Shown here: in pieces, positions 1 through 13,200 of the stretch
Layout: the number at the start of each line of letters is the position of its first letter
Numbering within the stretch: the stretch's first letter is position 1
From: Auanema rhodensis
Lineage: Eukaryota > Animalia > Nematoda
Assembly: GCA_964057225.1 (NCBI GenBank)
Contig: OZ059900.1
Coordinates: 18,290,001-18,354,000, forward strand
Length of the DNA stretch: 64,000 bases
Direction of reading: 5' to 3'
Position numbers and translations under genes: made by a program
Notes under the pieces: model-generated
The model's input: the letters and a program-made list of their open reading frames with translations, nothing else
What the model was told of the DNA's origin: nothing
Database searches by the model: none

Positions 1-342
1 GCTCAAAATTGTTCGTACAACGTCTAGTTCCACTTTCACGACAAAAAAACAGGGGTTAGAAAATTAAGGAAATTAGCATATTCTGAGGGCACGCCCCTTA
101 TGGCTAATATTGATTAAATCGATTTTTGTTCATATGAGTCGTCAAATGCAACGAATTTCAGCGTGTTACGTACTAAAATGAAGCATTTTACATGCTGAAC
201 ACTAGAAAAATACAAAAACACAGTATTTCCCATGAGAAATATTTTATTATGCTGGAAAACCAGTTTTTGGAAATTTCGCTGTAAACAAGGTTTTGACTTA
301 CGATTTCATGTGTTCAAACTCATGCAATGTCAATGAAACCTA
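1..342 (+). repeat. Reference monomer M1 (consensus except A170G)
   Basis: First complete unit, 116/342 G+C in the consensus. It has multiple A/T tracts, 10 CpGs, and single ClaI (ATCGAT, 118-123) and NdeI (CATATG, 131-136) sites. Confidence 0.97.
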
Positions 343-3300
343 GCTCAAAATTGTTCCTACAACGTCTAGTTCCACTTTCACGACAAAAAAACAGGGGTTA
401 GAAAATTAAGGAAATTAGCATATTCTGAGGGCACGCCCTTTATGGCTAATATTGATTAAATCGATTTTTGTTCATATGAGTCGTCAAATGCAACGAATTT
501 CAGCGTGTTACATACTAAAATGAAGCATTTTACATGCTGAACACTAGAAAAATACAAAAACACAGTATTTCCCATGAGAAATATTTTATTATGCTGGAAA
601 ACCAGTTTTTGGAAATTTCGCTGTAAACAAGGTTTTGACTTACGATTTCATGTGTTCAAACTCATGCAATGTCAATGAAACCTAGCTCAAAATTGTTCGT
701 ACAACGTCTAGTTCCACTTTCACGACAAAAAAACAGGGGTTAGAAAATTAAGGAAATTAGCATATTCTGAGGGCACGCCCCTTATGGCTAATATTGATTA
801 AATCGATTTTTGTTCATATGAGTCGTCAAATGCAACGAATTTCAGCGTGTTACATACTAAAATGAAGCATTTTACATGCTGAACACTAGAAAAATACAAT
901 TACACAGTATTTCCCATGAGAATAATTTTATTATGCTGGAAAACCAGTTTTTGGAAATTTCGCTGTAAACAAGGTTTTGACTTACGATTTCATGTGTTCA
1001 AACTCATGCAATGTCAATGAAACCTAGCTCAAAATTGTTCGTACAACGTCTAGTTCCACTTTTACGACAAAAAAACAGGGGTTAGAAAATTAAGGAAATT
1101 AGCATATTCTGAGGGCACGCCCCTTATGGCTAATATTGATTAAATCGATTTTTGTTCATATGAGTCGTCAAATGCAACGAATTTCAGCGTGTTACATACT
1201 AAAATGAAGCATTTTACATGCTGAACACTAGAAAAATACAAAAACACAGTATTTCCCATGAGAAATATTTTATTATGCTGGAAAACCAGTTTTTGGAAAT
1301 TTCGCTGTAAACAAGGTTTTGACTTACGATTTCATGTGTTCAAACTCATGCAATGTCAATGAAACCTAGCTCAAAATTGTTCGTACAACGACTAGTTCCA
1401 CTTTCACGACAAAAAAACAGGGGTTAGAAAATTAAGGAAATTAGCATATTCTGAGGGCACGCCCCTTATGGCTAATATTGATTAAATCGATTTTTGTTCA
1501 TATGAGTCGTCAAATGCAACGAATTTCAGCGTGTTACATACTAAAATGAAGCATTTTACATGCTGAACACTAGAAAAATACAAAAACACAGTATTTCCCA
1601 TGAGAAATATTTTATTATGCTGGAAAACCAGTTTTTGAAAATTTCGCTGTAAACAAGGTTTTGACTTACGATTTCATGTGTTCAAACTCATGCAATGTCA
1701 ATGAAACCTAGCTCAAAATTGTTCCTACAACGTCTAGTTCCACTTTCACGACAAAAAAACAGGGGTTAGAAAATTAAGGAAATTAGCATATTCTGAGGGC
1801 ACGCCCCTTATGGCTAATATTGATTAAATCGATTTTTGTTCATATGAGTCGTCAAATGCAACGAATTTCAGCGTGTTACATACTAAAATGAAGCATTTTA
1901 CATGCTGAACACTAGAAAAATACAAAAACACAGTATTTCCCATGAGAATAATTTTATTATGCTGGAAAACCAGTTTTTGGAAATTTCGCTGTAAACAAGG
2001 TTTTGACTTACGATTTCATGTGTTCAAACTCATGCAATGTCAATGAAACCTAGCTCAAAATTGTTTGTACAACGTCTAGTTCCACTTTTACGACAAAAAA
2101 ACAGGGGTTAGAAAATTAAGGAAATTAGCATATTCTGAGGGCACGCCCCTTATGGCTAATATTGATTAAATCGATTTTTGTTCATATGAGTCGTCAAATG
2201 CAACGAATTTCAGCGTGTTACATACTAAAATGAAGCATTTTACATGCTGAACACTAGAAAAATACAAAAACACAGTATTTCCCATGAGAAATATTTTATT
2301 ATGCTGGAAAACCAGTTTTTGGAAATTTCGCTGTAAACAAGGTTTTGACTTACGATTTCATGTGTTCAAACTCATGCAATGTCAATGAAACCTAGCTCAA
2401 AATTGTTCGTACAACGACTAGTTCCACTTTCACGACAAAAAAACAGGGGTTAGAAAATTAAGGAAATTAGCATATTCTGAGGGCACGCCCCTTATGGCTA
2501 ATATTGATTAAATCGATTTTTGTTCATATGAGTCGTCAAATGCAACGAATTTCAGCGTGTTACATACTAAAATGAAGCATTTAACATGCTGAACACTAGA
2601 AAAATACAAAAACACAGTATTTCCCATGAGAAATATTTTATTATGCTGGAAAACCAGTTTTTGAAAATTTCGCTGTAAACAAGGTTTTGACTTACGATTT
2701 CATGTGTTCAAACTCATGCAATGTCAATGAAACCTAGCTCAAAATTGTTCCTACAACGTCTAGTTCCACTTTCACGACAAAAAAACAGGGGTTAGAAAAT
2801 TAAGGAAATTAGCATATTCTGAGGGCACGCCCTTTATGGCTAATATTGATTAAATCGATTTTTGTTCATATGAGTCGTCAAATGCAACGAATTTCAGCGT
2901 GTTACATACTAAAATGAAGCATTTTACATGCTGAACACTAGAAAAATACAAAAACACAGTATTTCCCATGAGAAATATTTTATTATGCTGGAAAACCAGT
3001 TTTTGGAAATTTCGCTGTAAACAAGGTTTTGACTTACGATTTCATGTGTTCAAACTCATGCAATGTCAATGAAACCTAGCTCAAAATTGTTCGTACAACG
3101 ACTAGTTCCACTTTCACGACAAAAAAACAGGGGTTAGAAAATTAAGGAAATTAGCATATTCTGAGGGCACGCCCCTTATGGCTAATATTGATTAAATCGA
3201 TTTTTGTTCATATGAGTCGTCAAATGCAACGAATTTCAGCGTGTTACATACTAAAATGAAGCATTTTACATGCTGAACACTAGAAAAATACAAAAACACA

Positions 3301-6300
3301 GTATTTCCCATGAGAAATATTTTATTATGCTGGAAAACCAGTTTTTGAAAATTTCGCTGTAAACAAGGTTTTGACTTACGATTTCATGTGTTCAAACTCA
3401 TGCAATGTCAAGGAAACCTAGCTCAAAATTGTTCCTACAACGTCTAGTTCCACTTTCACGACAAAAAAACAGGGGTTAGAAAATAAAGGAAATTAGCATA
3501 TTCTGAGGGCACGCCCTTTATGGCTAATATTGATTAAATCGATTTTTGTTCATATGAGTCGTCAAATGCAACGAATTTCAGCGTGTTACATACTAAAATG
3601 AAGCATTTTACATGCTGAACACTAGAAAAATACAAAAACACAGTATTTCCCATGAGAAATATTTTATTATGCTGGAAAACCAGTTTTTGGAAATTTCGCT
3701 GTAAACAAGGTTTTGACTTACGATTTCATGTGTTCAAACTCATGCAATGTCAATGAAACCTAGCTCAAAATTGTTCCTACAACGTCTAGTTCCACTTTCA
3801 CGACAAAAAAACAGGGGTTAGAAAATTAAGGAAATTAGCATATTCTGAGGGCACGCCCTTTATGGCTAATATTGATTAAATCGATTTTTGTTCATATGAG
3901 TCGTCAAATGCAACGAATTTCAGCGTGTTACATACTAAAATGAAGCATTTCACATGCTGAACACTAGAAAAATACAAAAACACAGTATTTCCCATGAGAA
4001 ATATTTTATTATGCTGGAAAACCAGTTTTTGGAAATTTCGCTGTAAACAAGGTTTTGACTTACGATTTCATGTGTTCAAACTCATGCAATGTCAATGAAA
4101 CCTAGCTCAAAATTGTTCGTACAACGTCTGGTTCCACTTTCACGACAAAAAAACAGGGGTTAGAAAATTAAGGAAATTAGCATATTCTGAGGGCACGCCC
4201 CTTATGGCTAATATTGATTAAATCGATTTTTGTTCATATGAGTCGTCAAATGCAACGAATTTCAGCGTGTTACATACTAAAATGAAGCATTTTACATGCT
4301 GAACACTAGAAAAATACAAAAACACAGTATTTCCCATGAGAAATATTTTATTATGCTGGAAAACCAGTTTTTGGAAATTTCGCTGTAAACAAGGTTTTGA
4401 CTTACGATTTCATGTGTTCAAACTCATGCAATGTCAATGAAACCTAGCTCAAAATTGTTCGTACAACGTCTAGTTCCACTTTCACGACAAAAAAACAGGG
4501 GTTAGAAAATTAAGGAAATTAGCATATTCTGAGGGCACGCCCCCTTATGGCTAATATTGATTAAATCGATTTTTGTTCATATGAGTCGTCAAATGCAACG
4601 AATTTCAGCGTGTTACATACTAAAATGAAGCATTTTACATGCTGAACACTAGAAAAATACAAAAACACAGTATTTCCCATGAGAAATATTTTATTATGCT
4701 GGAAAACCAGTTTTTGGAAATTTCGCTGTAAACAAGGTTTTGACTTACGATTTCATGTGTTTAAACTCATGCAATGTCAATGAAACCTAGCTCAAAATTG
4801 TTAATACAATGTCTAGTTCCACTTTCACGACAAAAAAACAGGGGTTAGAAAATTAAGGAAATTAGCATATTCTGAGGGCACGCCCCTTATGGCTAATATT
4901 GATTAAATCGATTTTTGTTCATATGAGTCGTCAAATGCAACGAATTTCAGCGTGTTACATACTAAAATGAAGCATTTTACATGCTGAACACTAGAAAAAT
5001 ACAAAAACACAGTATTTCCCATGAGAAATATTTTATTATGCTGGAAAACCAGTTTTTGGAAATTTCGCTGTAAACAAGGTTTTGACTTACGATTTCATGT
5101 GTTCAAACTCATGCAATGTCAATGAAACCCAGCTCAAAATTGTTCGTACAACGTCTAGTTCCACTTTCACGACAAAAAAACAGGGGTTAGAAAATTAAGG
5201 AAATTAGCATATTCTGAGGGCACGCCCCTTATGGCTAATATTGATTAAATCGATTTTTGTTCATATGAGTCGTCAAATGCAACGAATTTCAGCGTGTTAC
5301 ATACTAAAATGAAGCATTTTACATGCTGAACACTAGAAAAATACAAAAACACAGTATTTCCCATGAGAAATATTTTATTATGCTGGAAAACCAGTTTTTG
5401 GAAATTTCGCTGTAAACAAGGTTTTGACTTACGATTTCATGTGTTCAAACTCATGCAATGTCAATGAAACCTAGCTCAAAATTGTTCGTACAACGTCTAG
5501 TTCCACTTTCACGACAAAAAAACAGGGGTTAGAAAATTAAGGAAATTAGCATATTCTGAGGGCACGCCCCTTATGGCTAATATTGATTAAATCGATTTTT
5601 GTTCATATGAGTCGTCAAATGCAACGAATTTCAGCGTGTTACATACTAAAATGAAGCATTTTACATGCTGAACACTAGAAAAATACAAAAACACAGTATT
5701 TCCCATGAGAAATATTTTATTATGCTGGAAAACCAGTTTTTGGAAATTTCGCTGTAAACAAGGTTTTGACTTACGATTTCATGTGTTCAAACTCATGCAA
5801 TGTCAATGAAACCTAGCTCAAAATTGTTCCTACAACGTCTAGTTCCACTTTCACGACAAAAAAACAGGGGTTAGAAAATTAAGGAAATTAGCATATTCTG
5901 AGGGCACGCCCTTTATGGCTAATATTGATTAAATCGATTTTTGTTCATATGAGTCGTCAAATGCAACGAATTTCAGCGTGTTACATACTAAAATGAAGCA
6001 TTTTACATGCTGAACACTAGAAAAATACAAAAACACAGTATTTCCCATGAGAAATATTTTATTATGCTGGAAAACCAGTTTTTGGAAATTTCGCTGTAAA
6101 CAAGGTTTTGACTTACGATTTCATGTGTTCAAACTCATGCAATGTCAATGAAACCTAGCTCAAAATTGTTCGTACAACGTCTAGTTCCACTTTCACGACA
6201 AAAAAACAGGGGTTAGAAAATTAAGGAAATTAGCATATTCTGAGGGCACGCCCCCTTATGGCTAATATTGATTAAATCGATTTTTGTTCATATGAGTCGT

Positions 6301-7184
6301 CAAATGCAACGAATTTCAGCGTGTTACATACTAAAATGAAGCATTTTACATGCTGAACACTAGAAAAATACAAAAACACAGTATTTCCCATGAGAAATAT
6401 TTTATTATGCTGGAAAACCAGTTTTTGGAAATTTCGCTGTAAACAAGGTTTTGACTTACGATTTCATGTGTTTAAACTCATGCAATGTCAATGAAACCTA
6501 GCTCAAAATTGTTAATACAATGTCTAGTTCCACTTTCACGACAAAAAAACAGGGGTTAGAAAATTAAGGAAATTAGCATATTCTGAGGGCACGCCCCTTA
6601 TGGCTAATATTGATTAAATCGATTTTTGTTCATATGAGTCGTCAAATGCAACGAATTTCAGCGTGTTACATACTAAAATGAAGCATTTTACATGCTGAAC
6701 ACTAGAAAAATACAAAAACACAGTATTTCCCATGAGAAATATTTTATTATGCTGGAAAACCAGTTTTTGGAAATTTCGCTGTAAACAAGGTTTTGACTTA
6801 CGATTTCATGTGTTCAAACTCATGCAATGTCAATGAAACCCAGCTCAAAATTGTTCGTACAACGTCTAGTTCCACTTTCACGACAAAAAAACAGGGGTTA
6901 GAAAATTAAGGAAATTAGCATATTCTGAGGGCACGCCCCTTATGGCTAATATTGATTAAATCGATTTTTGTTCATATGAGTCGTCAAATGCAACGAATTT
7001 CAGCGTGTTACATACTAAAATGAAGCATTTTACATGCTGAACACTAGAAAAATACAAAAACACAGTATTTCCCATGAGAAATATTTTATTATGCTGGAAA
7101 ACCAGTTTTTGGAAATTTCGCTGTAAACAAGGTTTTGACTTACGATTTCATGTGTTCAAACTCATGCAATGTCAATGAAACCTA

Positions 7185-10100
7185 GCTCAAAATTGTTCGT
7201 ACAACGTCTAGTTCCACTTTCACGACAAAAAAACAGGGGTTAGAAAATTAAGGAAATTAGCATATTCTGAGGGCACGCCCCTTATGGCTAATATTGATTA
7301 AATCGATTTTTGTTCATATGAGTCGTCAAATGCAACGAATTTCAGCGTGTTACATACTAAAATGAAGCATTTTACATGCTGAACACTAGAAAAATACAAA
7401 AACACAGTATTTCCCATGAGAAATATTTTATTATGCTGGAAAACCAGTTTTTGAAAATATCGCTGTAAACAAGGTTTTGACTTACGATTTCATGTGTTCA
7501 AACTCATGCAATGTCAATGAAACCTAGCTCAAAATTGTTCCCACAACGTCTAGTTCCACTTTCACGACAAAAAAACAGGGGTTAGAAAATTAAGGAAATT
7601 AGCATATTCTGAGGGCACGCCCCTTATGGCTAATATTGATTAAATCGATTTTTGTTCATATGAGTCGTCAAATGCAACGAATTTCAGCGTGTTACATACT
7701 AAAATGAAGCATTTTACATGCTGAACACTAGAAAAATACAAAAACACAGTATTTCCCATGAGAAATATTTTATTATGCTGGAAAACCAGTTTTTGGAAAT
7801 TTCGCTGTAAACAAGGTTTTGACTTACGATTTCATGTGTTCAAACTCATGCAATGTCAATGAAACCTAGCTCAAAATTGTTCCTACAACGTCTAGTTCCA
7901 CTTTCACGACAAAAAAACAGGGGTTAGAAAATTAAGGAAATTAGCATATTCTGAGGGCACGCCCTTTATGGCTAATATTGATTAAATCGATTTTTGTTCA
8001 TATGAGTCGTCAAATGCAACGAATTTCAGCGTGTTACATACTAAAATGAAGCATTTTACATGCTGAACACTAGAAAAATACAAAAACACAGTATTTCCCA
8101 TGAGAAATATTTTATTATGCTGGAAAACCAGTTTTTGGAAATTTCGCTGTAAACAAGGTTTTGACTTACGATTTCATGTGTTCAAACTCATGCAATGTCA
8201 ATGAAACCTAGCTCAAAATTGTTCGTACAACGTCTAGTTCCACTTTCACGACAAAAAAACAGGGGTTAGAAAATTAAGGAAATTAGCATATTCTGAGGGC
8301 ACGCCCCTTATGGCTAATATTGATTAAATCGATTTTTGTTCATATGAGTCGTCAAATGCAACGAATTTCAGCGTGTTACATACTAAAATGAAGCATTTTA
8401 CATGCTGAACACTAGAAAAATACAAAAACACAGTATTTCCCATGAGAAATATTTTATTATGCTGGAAAACCAGTTTTTGAAAATATCGCTGTAAACAAGG
8501 TTTTGACTTACGATTTCATGTGTTCAAACTCATGCAATGTCAATGAAACCTAGCTCAAAATTGTTCCCACAACGTCTAGTTCCACTTTCACGACAAAAAA
8601 ACAGGGGTTAGAAAATTAAGGAAATTAGCATATTCTGAGGGCACGCCCCTTATGGCTAATATTGATTAAATCGATTTTTGTTCATATGAGTCGTCAAATG
8701 CAACGAATTTCAGCGTGTTACATACTAAAATGAAGCATTTTACATGCTGAACACTAGAAAAATACAAAAACACAGTATTTCCCATGAGAAATATTTTATT
8801 ATGCTGGAAAACCAGTTTTTGGAAATTTCGCTGTAAACAAGGTTTTGACTTACGATTTCATGTGTTCAAACTCATGCAATGTCAATGAAACCTAGCTCAA
8901 AATTGTTCCTACAACGTCTAGTTCCACTTTCACGACAAAAAAACAGGGGTTAGAAAATTAAGGAAATTAGCATATTCTGAGGGCACGCCCTTTATGGCTA
9001 ATATTGATTAAATCGATTTTTGTTCATATGAGTCGTCAAATGCAACGAATTTCAGCGTGTTACATACTAAAATGAAGCATTTCACATGCTGAACACTAGA
9101 AAAATACAAAAACACAGTATTTCCCATGAGAAATATTTTATTATGCTGGAAAACCAGTTTTTGGAAATTTCGCTGTAAACAAGGTTTTGACTTACGATTT
9201 CATGTGTTCAAACTCATGCAATGTCAATGAAACCTAGCTCAAAATTGTTCGTACAACGTCTAGTTCCACTTTCACGACAAAAAAACAGGGGTTAGGAAAT
9301 TAAGGAAATTAGCATATACTGAGGGCACGCCCCTTATGGCTAATATTGATTAAATCGATTTTTGTTCATATGAGTCGTCAAATGCAACGAATTTCAGCGT
9401 GTTACATACTAAAATGAAGCATTTTACATGCTGAACACTAGAAAAATACAAAAACACAGTATTTCCCATGAGAAATATTTTATTATGCTGGAAAACCAGT
9501 TTTTGAAAATATCGCTGTAAACAAGGTTTTGACTTACGATTTCATGTGTTCAAACTCATGCAATGTCAATGAAACCTAGCTCAAAATTGTTCCTACAACG
9601 TCTAGTTCCACTTTCACGACAAAAAAACAGGGGTTAGAAAATTAAGGAAATTAGCATATTCTGAGGGCACGCCCCTTATGGCTAATATTGATTAAATCGA
9701 TTTTTGTTCATATGAGTCGTCAAATGCAACGAATTTCAGCGTGATACATACTAAAATGAAGCATTTTACATGCTGAACACTAGAAAAATACAAAAACACA
9801 GTATTTCCCATGAGAAATATTTTATTATGCTGGAAAACCAGTTTTTGGAAATTTCGCTGTAAACAAGGTTTTGACTTACGATTTCATGTGTTCAAACTCA
9901 TGCAATGTCAATGAAACCTAGCTCAAAATTGTTCCTACAACGTCTAGTTCCACTTTCACGACAAAAAAACAGGGGTTAGAAAATTAAGGAAATTAGCATA
10001 TTCTGAGGGCACGCCCTTTATGGCTAATATTGATTAAATCGATTTTTGTTCATATGAGTCGTCAAATGCAACGAATTTCAGCGTGTTACATACTCAAATG

Positions 10101-10262
10101 AAGCATTTCACATGCTGAACACTAGAAAAATACAAAAACACAGTATTTCCCATGAGAAATATTTTATTATGCTGGAAAACCAGTTTTTGGAAATTTCGCT
10201 GTAAACAAGGTTTTGACTTACGATTTCATGTGTTCAAACTCATGCAATGTCAATGAAACCTA
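7185..10262. repeat. 3-monomer higher-order repeat x3 (M22-24, M25-27, M28-30), 1026-bp period
   Basis: The pattern [GAAAATATCG] [G15C] [G15C+C97T] is repeated. GTTCCCAC is shared by M23 and M26. The same trimer occurs twice at 17789-19840. Confidence 0.85.
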
Positions 10263-13200
10263 GCTCAAAATTGTTCGTACAACGTCTAGTTCCACTTTCA
10301 CGACAAAAAAACAGGGGTTAGAAAATTAAGGAAATTAGCATATTCTGAGGGCACGCCCCTTATGGCTAATATTGATTAAATCGATTTTTGTTCATATGAG
10401 TCGTCAAATGCAACAAATTTCAGCGTGTTACATACTAAAATGAAGCATTTTACATGCTGAACACTAGAAAAATACAAAAACACAGTAATACCCATGAGAA
10501 ATATTTTATTATGCTGGAAAACCAGTTTTTGGAAATTTCGCTGTAAACAAGGTTTTGACTTACGATTTCATGTGTTCAAACTCATGCAATGTCAATGAAA
10601 CCTAGCTCAAAATTGTTTGTACAACGTCTAGTTCCACTTTCACGACAAAAAAACAGGGGTTAGAAAATTAAGGAAATTAGCATATTCTGAGGGCACGCCC
10701 CCTTATGGCTAATATTGATTAAATCGATTTTTGTTCATATGAGTCGTCAAATGCAACGAATTTCAGCGTGTTACATACTAAAATGAAGCATTTTACATGC
10801 TGAACACTAGAAAAATACAAAAACACAGTATTTCCCATGAGAATTATTTTATTATGCTGGAAAACCAGTTTTTGGAAATTTCGCTGTAAACAAGGTTTTG
10901 ACTTACGATTTCATGTGTTCAAACTCATGCAATGTCAATGAAACCTAGCTCAAAATTGTTCGTACAACGTCTAGTTCCACTTTCACGACAAAAAAACAGG
11001 GGTTAGAAAATTAAGGAAATTAGCATATTCTGAGGGCACGCCCCTTATGGCTAATATTGATTAAATCGATTTTTGTTCATATGAGTCGTCAAATGCAACG
11101 AATTTCAGCGTGTTACATACTAAAATGAAGCATTTTACATGCTGAACACTAGAAAAATACAAAAACACAGTATTTCCCATGAGAAATATTTTATTATGCT
11201 GGAAAACCAGTTTTTGAAAATTTCGCTGTAAACAAGGTTTTGACTTACGATTTCATGTGTTCAAACTCATGCAATGTCAATGAAACCTAGCTCAAAATTG
11301 TTCCTACAACGTCTAGTTCCACTTTCACGACAAAAAAACAGGGGTTAGAAAATTAAGGAAATTAGCATATTCTGAGGGCACGCCCTTTATGGCTAATATT
11401 GATTAAATCGATTTTTGTTCATATGAGTCGTCAAATGCAACGAATTTCAGCGTGTTACATACTAAAATGAAGCATTTTACATGCTGAACACTAGAAAAAT
11501 ACAAAAACACAGTATTTCCCATGAGAAATATTTTATTATGCTGGAAAACCAGTTTTTGGAAATTTCGCTGTAAACAAGGTTTTGACTTACGATTTCATGT
11601 GTTCAAACTCATGCAATGTCAATGAAACCTAGCTCAAAATTGTTCGTACAACGTCTAGTTCCACTTTCACGACAAAAAAACAGGGGTTAGAAAATTAAGG
11701 AAATTAGCATATTCTGAGGGCACGCCCCTTATGGCTAATATTGATTAAATCGATTTTTGTTCATATGAGTCGTCAAATGCAACGAATTTCAGCGTGTTAC
11801 GTACTAAAATGAAGCATTTTACATGCTGAACACTAGAAAAATACAAAAACACAGTATTTCCCATGAGAAATATTTTATTATGCTGGAAAACCAGTTTTTG
11901 GAAATTTCGCTGTAAACAAGGTTTTGACTTACGATTTCATGTGTTCAAACTCATGCAATGTCAATGAAACCTAGCTCAAAATTGTTCCTACAACGTCTAG
12001 TTCCACTTTCACGACAAAAAAACAGGGGTTAGAAAATTAAGGAAATTAGCATATTCTGAGGGCACGCCCTTTATGGCTAATATTGATTAAATCGATTTTT
12101 GTTCATATGAGTCGTCAAATGCAACGAATTTCAGCGTGTTACATACTAAAATGAAGCATTTTACATGCTGAACACTAGAAAAATACAAAAACACAGTATT
12201 TCCCATGAGAAATATTTTATTATGCTGGAAAACCAGTTTTTGGAAATTTCGCTGTAAACAAGGTTTTGACTTACGATTTCATGTGTTCAAACTCATGCAA
12301 TGTCAATGAAACCTAGCTCAAAATTGTTCGTACAACGTCTAGTTCCACTTTCACGACAAAAAAACAGGGGTTAGAAAATTAAGGAAATTAGCATATTCTG
12401 AGGGCACGCCCCTTATGGCTAATATTGATTAAATCGATTTTTGTTCATATGAGTCGTCAAATGCAACGAATTTCAGCGTGTTACATACTAAAATGAAGCA
12501 TTTTACATGCTGAACACTAGAAAAATACAAAAACACAGTATTTCCCATGAGAATAATTTTATTATGCTGGAAAACCAGTTTTTGGAAATTTCGCTGTAAA
12601 CAAGGTTTTGACTTACGATTTCATGTGTTCAAACTCATGCAATGTCAATGAAACCTAGCTCAAAATTGTTCGTACAACGTCTAGTTCCACTTTTACGACA
12701 AAAAAACAGGGGTTAGAAAATTAAGGAAATTAGCATATTCTGAGGGCACGCCCCTTATGGCTAATATTGATTAAATCGATTTTTGTTCATATGAGTCGTC
12801 AAATGCAACGAATTTCAGCGTGTTACATACTAAAATGAAGCATTTTACATGCTGAACACTAGAAAAATACAAAAACACAGTATTTCCCATGAGAAATATT
12901 TTATTATGCTGGAAAACCAGTTTTTGGAAATTTCGCTGTAAACAAGGTTTTGACTTACGATTTCATGTGTTCAAACTCATGCAATGTCAATGAAACCTAG
13001 CTCAAAATTGTTCGTACAACGACTAGTTCCACTTTCACGACAAAAAAACAGGGGTTAGAAAATTAAGGAAATTAGCATATTCTGAGGGCACGCCCTTTAT
13101 GGCTAATATTGATTAAATCGATTTTTGTTCATATGAGTCGTCAAATGCAACGAATTTCAGCGTGTTACATACTAAAATGAAGCATTTTACATGCTGAACA

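Noticed and set aside
51-77. Telomere-like words (GGGGTTAG, TTAAGG, TTAGC)
   Set aside because: These are single degenerate words rather than tandem telomeric repeats, with too few G-runs for a G-quadruplex.
140-156. CENP-B box-like motif on the minus strand (ATTCGTTGCATTTGACG)
   Set aside because: It matches TTCG and the central A but lacks the CGGG half (about 6 of 9 core positions), which is compatible with chance.
1-342. 5S rRNA, tRNA, snRNA or spliced-leader tandem gene unit
   Set aside because: I could not recognise a 5S, tRNA cloverleaf or snRNA sequence on either strand. An Rfam/Infernal scan would be needed to exclude this formally.
1-342. Primate alpha-satellite dimer (2 x 171 bp)
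   Set aside because: Only the length coincides. I see no sequence resemblance to the alphoid consensus.
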